DNA from: Candidatus Woesebacteria bacterium RBG_16_42_24
GTDB lineage: Bacteria; Patescibacteriota; Microgenomatia; UBA8517
Direction: 5' to 3'
Length of the DNA stretch: 49,912 nucleotides
NCBI GenBank assembly: GCA_001792115.1
Contig: MGFX01000001.1
Location: 188,694-238,605, forward strand
Under the pieces are notes generated by a model. It was not told where the DNA came from, searched no databases, and worked only from the letters and a program-made list of their open reading frames with translations. The translations under genes and the position numbers were made by a program. Numbering within the stretch: position 1 is the first letter of the stretch; each line of letters begins with the position of its first letter. Of this stretch, positions 44,420 through 49,912 are shown piece after piece.

Positions 44420-46147
44420 ATGGTTGGGAAAATTATTTCAAAAGGGAAAAAGCTTATCTTTTCGGCCCAAACTTCGGTCCTTTCTGCCGCCACGATAATA
44501 ATGCTTATGGTTGTTGCCTCAAGGGTCTTGGGGTTAGTTCGCCAGAGGGTCTTGGCACACTTTTTTGGTGCAGGGGAGCTTTCTTTATTCTTCGCGGCCT
44601 TTAGACTTCCCGATCTGGTTTTTGAAGTTTTGGTTTTTGGAACATTTTCTTCCGCATTTATTCCTGTATTCACAAAAGCCTTAAGAAAAGGGAGGAAAAA
44701 TGCATGGAACACTGCAACTTCTGTTACAAATATTGGGGTTCTAGTCTTTCTTTTTGTAGGGATTATTCTAGCTGCCTTTGCAAATCCTTTATATAGCCTT
44801 TTTGCACCGGGTTATGATCTCGCCCAAAGAGCCCAAGTAGTCAAAATTGCCAGAATTCTTTTTGCTGCGCAGGGTTTTTTCGTTGTGAGCTACGTGTTAA
44901 CCAGTGTTCTTGAGTCTCTGAGGCGCTTTTTAGTACCAGCCCTAGCGCCCCTTTTTTACAATTTGGGAATAATCCTTGGCACCATACTTTTGGTAGGCAA
45001 ATATGGACTTCTTGCCCCCGCCTTGGGAGTACTTTTAGGAGCTTTCCTTCACTTCTTAATTCAACTGCCGCTCGCGATAAAGCTTGGTTTCAGATTTTTT
45101 CCGAAAATTGTAGTTACTAAAGACGTAAGAACCATCGGGAAACTCGCCCTACCTAGAATTATAGAGGTTAGTTTCCTGCAAGTCTCGAAATTGGTCGAGC
45201 TTTCTTTAGCTTCAATTATTTCAACGGCTTCTTATACATACTTCACATTCGCAAGCACTCTTCAATTTCTTCCCGTTGGTCTTTTTGGAGCTTCGGTGGC
45301 CAAAGCGGCCCTACCTACTTTAGCCAGGCAGGAAAATGATCCTTCGGAATTTCGAAAGACTCTTTTTGGAGCACTCTACCAGATAATATTTTTTGTTGCC
45401 CCCATGGCAGGCGTTCTAATTATTTTGAGAATTCCTTTGGTGAGGCTTATTTTCGGTACAGACATCTTTAGTTGGGAGTCAACGGTACAAACCGGACTCG
45501 TTGTTTCGGCATTTGCGTTGGGGGTGGTTTTTCAATCCGCAGTTTCAATCCTGGCCCGGGGTTTCTATGCCCTTCATGACACAAAAACCCCAGTTGTCGT
45601 TTCAATCTCCTCAATATTGGTCATAATCGTCATGGATTTTGTTTTTATCAAAGGTTTCTCCCTTCCGGTTTGGGGACTAGCGTTTTCTTTTTCAATAGGA
45701 GCCGCTATACAAGCAACAATCCTCCTTTATCTCATCAATAAAAAGACTTCAGGGAAATCATTCTTGGCCTTGCTTGTTTCTCCTTTCAAAATTTTGTTAG
45801 CTTCTCTCGGTTCAGGAACGACGATGTTTTTTCTACTTAAAATATTCGATAGAAGCGTTTGGGTGAAGAGGCTTTCGTTCTTAGGGCAGATAGAGGCGAC
45901 CAGAATAATTCCCTTCGAAAGATTTGTTCTTGATACACGCTACACCGCGAATCTTATTGCACTCACGTTTTTGGTTACTAGCGTTGGAGTATTTATTTAT
46001 CTTGCCATAAGTATGCTGCTTGGTTTGAAAGAGGTCTGGGGTTTCTTTGGGCTGGCCAAAGGGATTTTAATAAGACATAAAGTTCTTGCAATTCCCAAGA
46101 AGGAAACAGAACCCGTTTCACCCCCACCGACGGATACTCAGACCTAG
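44420..46147 (+). CDS. murJ: Lipid II flippase MurJ (MviN)
   Basis: SRVLGLVRQ, AAFRLPD, FSSAFIPVF, LARGFYALHDTKTPV. Confidence 0.95.
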   Translation: MVGKIISKGKKLIFSAQTSVLSAATIIMLMVVASRVLGLVRQRVLAHFFGAGELSLFFAAFRLPDLVFEVLVFGTFSSAFIPVFTKALRKGRKNAWNTATSVTNIGVLVFLFVGIILAAFANPLYSLFAPGYDLAQRAQVVKIARILFAAQGFFVVSYVLTSVLESLRRFLVPALAPLFYNLGIILGTILLVGKYGLLAPALGVLLGAFLHFLIQLPLAIKLGFRFFPKIVVTKDVRTIGKLALPRIIEVSFLQVSKLVELSLASIISTASYTYFTFASTLQFLPVGLFGASVAKAALPTLARQENDPSEFRKTLFGALYQIIFFVAPMAGVLIILRIPLVRLIFGTDIFSWESTVQTGLVVSAFALGVVFQSAVSILARGFYALHDTKTPVVVSISSILVIIVMDFVFIKGFSLPVWGLAFSFSIGAAIQATILLYLINKKTSGKSFLALLVSPFKILLASLGSGTTMFFLLKIFDRSVWVKRLSFLGQIEATRIIPFERFVLDTRYTANLIALTFLVTSVGVFIYLAISMLLGLKEVWGFFGLAKGILIRHKVLAIPKKETEPVSPPPTDTQT

Positions 46148-46155
46148 GTTGCTAA

Positions 46156-46220
46156 CCCATTCGACTTCGCTCAGGACAAGTCGGCCTCGCTTCCGCCGGT
46201 GTCCTGAGTGTAATCGAAGG
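46156..46220. repeat. REP-like long hairpin directly after murJ
   Basis: TTCGACTTCGCTCAGGAC (46160-77) versus GTCCTGAGTGTAATCGAA (46201-18), 15/18 complementary. Confidence 0.75.
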
Positions 46221-46278
46221 ATTTCTTGCGCGCACTTCTTATTCCCCTTATGGCGTAATGTTGAATATAAATATTTAA

Positions 46279-47424
46279 ATGCTAAAGTCATGTTACATGT
46301 TTAAGCTTAAAGACAAAGATATTATTAAATGCTGTTTGCCAGTCCTGGAAAATCTGTTCAAGAAGCACAAAGAGACATATATAAATCTTTTCTTTTGGGA
46401 AAGAGATGTGGACATTAACAATCTAAATCTGAGACCACTTTTAGATACTGGACTTATTAAAAAAGTGGGTAATAAATTTAGGGCAAATGTTTTTATCTTC
46501 CCTTTATCGGGAAAATTTATTGTCTGCGATTTCTTGATTTCTCACCACAGAGTTAAAGATGGTCGCTATCTTAGAAGAAAAGATGACGTATGGCCTATTT
46601 TTGCATACGAATCGCCATATATTGCCAAAAAAGCAATTGTCAAAAAAGGCGACTATGTTCTGGATTTGGCGACTGGCTCAGGAATAATTGCTCTTTTTTG
46701 TGCTGAGAAAGCTAAAAAAGTGGTAGGGATCGATATAAATCCAAAGGCTATAAATTACGCTCAATTTAATGCGATATTAAATAATTTGGAGGATAAGGTT
46801 GAATTTAGATTGGGAGATTTATTTGAACCCGTCAGCGCTGAAAAATTTGACTTGATTGTGTGGAACGGCCCAACAATTGCTACACCGGATTTACCCAATA
46901 AATACCCAATATATTGTTTTGGAGGAGCAGACGGCTTAAATTTTACAAGAAAATTTATTGATAGAGCTCCTAATTATTTAAGTCCCAAAGGAAGAATGCA
47001 GTGGCTAGATCCATGTTTGGGAAATGAGACCAGCCCTAAATCTCTGAAAATAATTAAAGAGATTTGGGGAAATAGCAGTCTTAGTGTGACTTACGAACAA
47101 AGAGTCAAACCCAATCCTCTTTACAGTCTTTACGAAAATGTCGGTAAGTTTCTTCTTAAACCGACAAAAGGGTTACCTAGACCTTTGTGGATTGAGCCTT
47201 TGACAGGCAAAGAACTTTCCGACTGGCTAGATTTTCTCAAAAGAAATAATTTCACCCATATCCACGCCGGAATGTATAGAGTTTATCCTTCAGAAAGCTT
47301 TAGAATTACCAAAACTAGGCCAAAGAAGATTTTGTTCCCTAGAATGAATTATTTACCTCAAGAGTGGCACTTTTTAAGCTTTTCAAGGATCAAACAGTTA
47401 TTGAGAATCTGTGAGGGATATTGA
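46279..47424 (+). CDS. Class I SAM-dependent methyltransferase (HemK/MTS-like)
   Basis: VLDLATGSG, GIDINPKA, GDLFEPV, FDLIVWNGP, GGADGL; start may be 46297. Confidence 0.82.
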   Translation: MLKSCYMFKLKDKDIIKCCLPVLENLFKKHKETYINLFFWERDVDINNLNLRPLLDTGLIKKVGNKFRANVFIFPLSGKFIVCDFLISHHRVKDGRYLRRKDDVWPIFAYESPYIAKKAIVKKGDYVLDLATGSGIIALFCAEKAKKVVGIDINPKAINYAQFNAILNNLEDKVEFRLGDLFEPVSAEKFDLIVWNGPTIATPDLPNKYPIYCFGGADGLNFTRKFIDRAPNYLSPKGRMQWLDPCLGNETSPKSLKIIKEIWGNSSLSVTYEQRVKPNPLYSLYENVGKFLLKPTKGLPRPLWIEPLTGKELSDWLDFLKRNNFTHIHAGMYRVYPSESFRITKTRPKKILFPRMNYLPQEWHFLSFSRIKQLLRICEGY

Positions 47425-47523
47425 CCCCAAAAAAACTCTGTCAAATTCTAATTTCTCCCGTATTTTCGGCATTAGAAATTATATAAATATATATATAAAT
47501 ATGGGGTATATAATTCCGCCGAT

Positions 47524-47973
47524 ATGGAAAGAAAGATTAGAAGAACATTTAGTCGGGAAGCCAAAGCCAAAAAGGAGAGGGAAATGGAATATGGAAGCTT
47601 GGCACGGGATATTATCGATGCTATTGAAGCCAAAATCCTGGAATCTGGCAAGCATGAATTTAAAATTCCTTTCGACTCTTATTTGGTTATGGGTGGAATA
47701 GCTAAATGTGGTGTATGGACGTCCGGAGTCGGCACACGAAGGGTAGTGATAATCGAGGAACCCGAGTTTGCTGATATAAGGGCCGAAAGAGGTGTAACAA
47801 TTATAAGTGAGGATTCTGACACTTTTTTCCCCTTTGTCCGGTTTAAAGAGGAAATTTATGAAGGCAGTAACTTAACAAAAAGTATTTACTCTGACAAAGA
47901 TGCTACGTTCGATCTCCGACCAAGAATGTTGCGTTTTTTGGAGGACATAAAAAGGTGGGAAATAGTTGCTTAA
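47524..47973 (+). CDS. Hypothetical protein
   Basis: 149-aa ORF with TATAAT 9 nt upstream of the ATG. Confidence 0.55.
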   Translation: MERKIRRTFSREAKAKKEREMEYGSLARDIIDAIEAKILESGKHEFKIPFDSYLVMGGIAKCGVWTSGVGTRRVVIIEEPEFADIRAERGVTIISEDSDTFFPFVRFKEEIYEGSNLTKSIYSDKDATFDLRPRMLRFLEDIKRWEIVA

Positions 47974-48040
47974 CAACCGACTGCAAAAAACGATCTATTC
48001 CGCTGGCGCCAGCAAACCCGAGCGAATATCCTTTTGGGCA

Positions 48041-48174
48041 GTGCTGAGCGGAGTCGAAGTACTTGACCCATTCGACTAAAGCTCGGGGTCGACGCCCCAC
48101 CCATTCGCTCTTCGAGCCGTTTACGGATAGTACTGACCACGTCCGCATCGCGTACGCGAAGCGTTTCGGGCGGG
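48041..48174. repeat. Composite intergenic repeat cluster (REP-like hairpin, 40-bp dispersed element and CCCGCC-family element)
   Basis: 48041-88 resembles 46156-220; 48095-134 matches the reverse complement of 8614-53 at 34/40; 48137-74 resembles 30269-307. Confidence 0.75.
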
Positions 48175-48202
48175 AAAGGTAAGAAGTATGAATGTGTGGG
48201 GC

Positions 48203-48239
48203 TTGACATCTTTTAGCACTCGTGATAAGTTACTGCTAA
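48203..48239 (+). promoter_or_regulatory. hrcA promoter overlapped by CIRCE
   Basis: TTGACA 48203, 17-nt spacer, extended -10 TGaTAAGTT; TTAGCACTC-N9-TACTGCTAA at 48213-48239. Confidence 0.88.
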
Positions 48240-48329
48240 AGTAGCAGGGTATAGTGCAGAGCGCATAGTACATAGATTTTCTCTATGCACTATCAACTAA
48301 TTACTAACCACTGCGAGAGAAACGAGCTT

Positions 48330-49058
48330 ATGACTGACGGACTTACAGCTAGGCAAACTCAAATTCTTAAGGCTTTGATTGATGAGTATATAGAAACGGC
48401 GGAGCCCGTTGGCTCATTCGCCCTGGAAAAGAAATATAATCTTGGAGTTTCTCCGGCAACTATCCGAAACGAGATGGCGGAACTAACCACTTCAGGATTT
48501 TTGCGCCAACCCCATACTTCTTCCGGTCGCGTTCCAACCCCAAGGGCAATGAAATTTTACGTTTCGCAGCTCATGGAGGAAAAACAGATGAGTTTGGCTG
48601 ACGAGGTTAAGGCCAAAGAGGAAGTTTGGGATGTACGATCCGACGTAGACAAACTTTTGGAAGAGGCTGTGAGAGTTCTGGCGGAGCGGACCAGAAACGT
48701 TGCAGTTGCAGCAATGGACGAAGGAAAGACTTGGCATGCGGGCTACGCCAATATTTTTGCAAACCCAGAATTCTCCGACTTGAGAGCCTGTGCCAATCTT
48801 TTTTCCTTTTTAGACGAAACCCAGAGACTTCATGAGCTTTTCTTTGAAAGAGCAATCTCCGGAAGCCCAATAGACATCCTTTTTGGCGAAGAGCTCGGCT
48901 GGCCAGGACTTTCTCCTGTTGGAGTTGTGGCGACTCACTTTAGCATCAGGGGAAAAAACGGGGCCCTAGGTGTAATCGGGCCGATTAGGCTTTCCTACCC
49001 GACAGTTGTCCCAATGTTAAGATATTTTGGTAATCTCATTGAGGAGGTTTCAAGGTAA
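48330..49058 (+). CDS. hrcA: Heat-inducible transcription repressor HrcA (short, 242 aa)
   Basis: LTARQTQIL..LIDEYI.TAEPVGS, SPATIRNEM, QPHTSSGRVPT, GALGVIGPIRLSY; start moved to 48330. Confidence 0.95.
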   Translation: MTDGLTARQTQILKALIDEYIETAEPVGSFALEKKYNLGVSPATIRNEMAELTTSGFLRQPHTSSGRVPTPRAMKFYVSQLMEEKQMSLADEVKAKEEVWDVRSDVDKLLEEAVRVLAERTRNVAVAAMDEGKTWHAGYANIFANPEFSDLRACANLFSFLDETQRLHELFFERAISGSPIDILFGEELGWPGLSPVGVVATHFSIRGKNGALGVIGPIRLSYPTVVPMLRYFGNLIEEVSR

Positions 49059-49492
49059 TGAGAGTCGTTAAAAAGGATAACGAAGCCGCAGTTCTTAAAA
49101 ATCAACTTGCCAGGTGTCTTGCCGACTACGATAATTTAAGAAAGAGGACAGAGGCGGAAAAGGCTCTTTGGGGCCAGTTTTCGACGGAGAGGGTTTTGAT
49201 TAAACTTATTCCCATTCTTGATTCTCTTGAATCAGCCCAAAAACACTTGAAAGATAGCGGATTGGCAATTGCATCTGGCGAGTTTAGAAAAGTTTTTAAG
49301 GAAGAGGGTATTGTTGAAATTCGTCCGCAAAAAAACGAGGTTTTCAATCCGGAATTACATGAAGCGATTGAGTTGGTTCAAGGAGGCAATAAAGGAAAAA
49401 TTTCGGAGCTAGTTTTAGTAGGTTGGAAATTTGAAGATGGTAATATTATTAGACCGGCAAAAGTTAAAGTTTTTAGTGACGCAAGTAATTAG
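49058..49492 (+). CDS. grpE: Nucleotide exchange factor GrpE
   Basis: ADYDNLRKR, FNPELHEAI, IIRPAKVKV. Confidence 0.95.
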   Translation: MRVVKKDNEAAVLKNQLARCLADYDNLRKRTEAEKALWGQFSTERVLIKLIPILDSLESAQKHLKDSGLAIASGEFRKVFKEEGIVEIRPQKNEVFNPELHEAIELVQGGNKGKISELVLVGWKFEDGNIIRPAKVKVFSDASN

Positions 49493-49504
49493 GAGAAATA
49501 AAAA

Positions 49505-49912
49505 ATGAGCAAAATTGTAGGTATCGATTTAGGAACGACAAATAGCGTAGTAGCCGTAATGGAAGGGGGACACCCCAAAGTCATCCCCGCGGCCGATACC
49601 GGCAGGAACATTACCCCTTCGGTAGTTGAGCCGGTGAAAAATCTTGTAGGGGATGTTGCCAAGCGTCAAGTGATACTAAATCCCAAAAATACGATTTATT
49701 CCATAAAGCGCCTTATGGGTCGAAGATTCCAAGACAAAGAGGTCAAAAGGACCCAAGAAATGGTGCCATATGAAGTGAAAAGCGGTAAAGACGGTATGGC
49801 GGACGTTGAAATAGAGAATAAAAATTATACGCCCCAGGAAATCTCTGCAAGGATTTTGATGAAGCTTAAAAAAGACGCCGAAGCATACCTTGGCGAAAAA
49901 GTGGAAAGTGCC
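49505..49912 (+). CDS. dnaK: Chaperone DnaK (5' part, truncated by the window end)
   Basis: [48 protein letters not shown]; AGGAGA SD; absent from the ORF track because it has no stop. Confidence 0.98.
   Translation, partial: MSKIVGIDLGTTNSVVAVMEGGHPKVIPAADTGRNITPSVVEPVKNLVGDVAKRQVILNPKNTIYSIKRLMGRRFQDKEVKRTQEMVPYEVKSGKDGMADVEIENKNYTPQEISARILMKLKKDAEAYLGEKVESA

Noticed and set aside
47411-47701. 96-aa ORF
   Set aside because: It overlaps two better ORFs and runs through an AT-rich promoter region
48095-48174. HDV-like ribozyme suggested by GCGAAUGGG on the minus strand
   Set aside because: I could not build the nested double pseudoknot; the sequence folds as a simple hairpin and the second copy lacks the conserved A
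47970-48209. 79-aa minus-strand ORF, and a coding explanation for the 40-bp element (STIRKRLEERMGG vs GTIRTRLEVRLGG)
   Set aside because: The ORF is a patchwork of repeats, and the 8614 copy has no start codon in that frame
1-49912. Recoded genetic code (TGA read-through as in code 25)
   Set aside because: Conserved genes (rmuC, the helicase, the SBP) end at TGA at expected lengths and no conserved gene is interrupted

Overview
Gene-dense chromosomal window (roughly 40% GC by eye, standard code 11) from a CPR/Patescibacteria bacterium. Microgenomates, Woesebacteria-like, is inferred from the gene repertoire only. Housekeeping content: groES-groEL and hrcA-grpE-dnaK (each preceded by a variant CIRCE), metG, rpsT, murJ, nrdR, rmuC, alkA, two UvrD-family helicases (one fused to a PD-(D/E)XK Fe-S nuclease) and tRNA-Cys. 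Envelope genes are abundant: VanW, M23, LCP, two FemAB/X, WecA-like, UbiA-like, several GT-C/GT2, pilN/pilO-like and two LPDAG-anchored proteins. There is one Phd-RelE toxin-antitoxin pair. No CRISPR array, transposase, integrase or rRNA was seen. The most unusual signal is non-genic. (1) Tiny GC-rich palindromic elements (18, 21, 39 bp) sit in frame inside three genes, and removing them restores family-like motifs. (2) Two tandem, covarying multi-hairpin mini-elements sit at an ancestral ATGA stop/start overlap. (3) Many 7-8 nt degenerate tandem arrays occur in variable protein loops and leaders. (4) A 40-bp element is present twice, 39 kb apart. (5) At least 11 genes have a -10 hexamer exactly 6 nt before the start codon, suggesting leaderless mRNAs. 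Family assignments come from motif recognition, not database searches. Several starts were moved from the ORF track.
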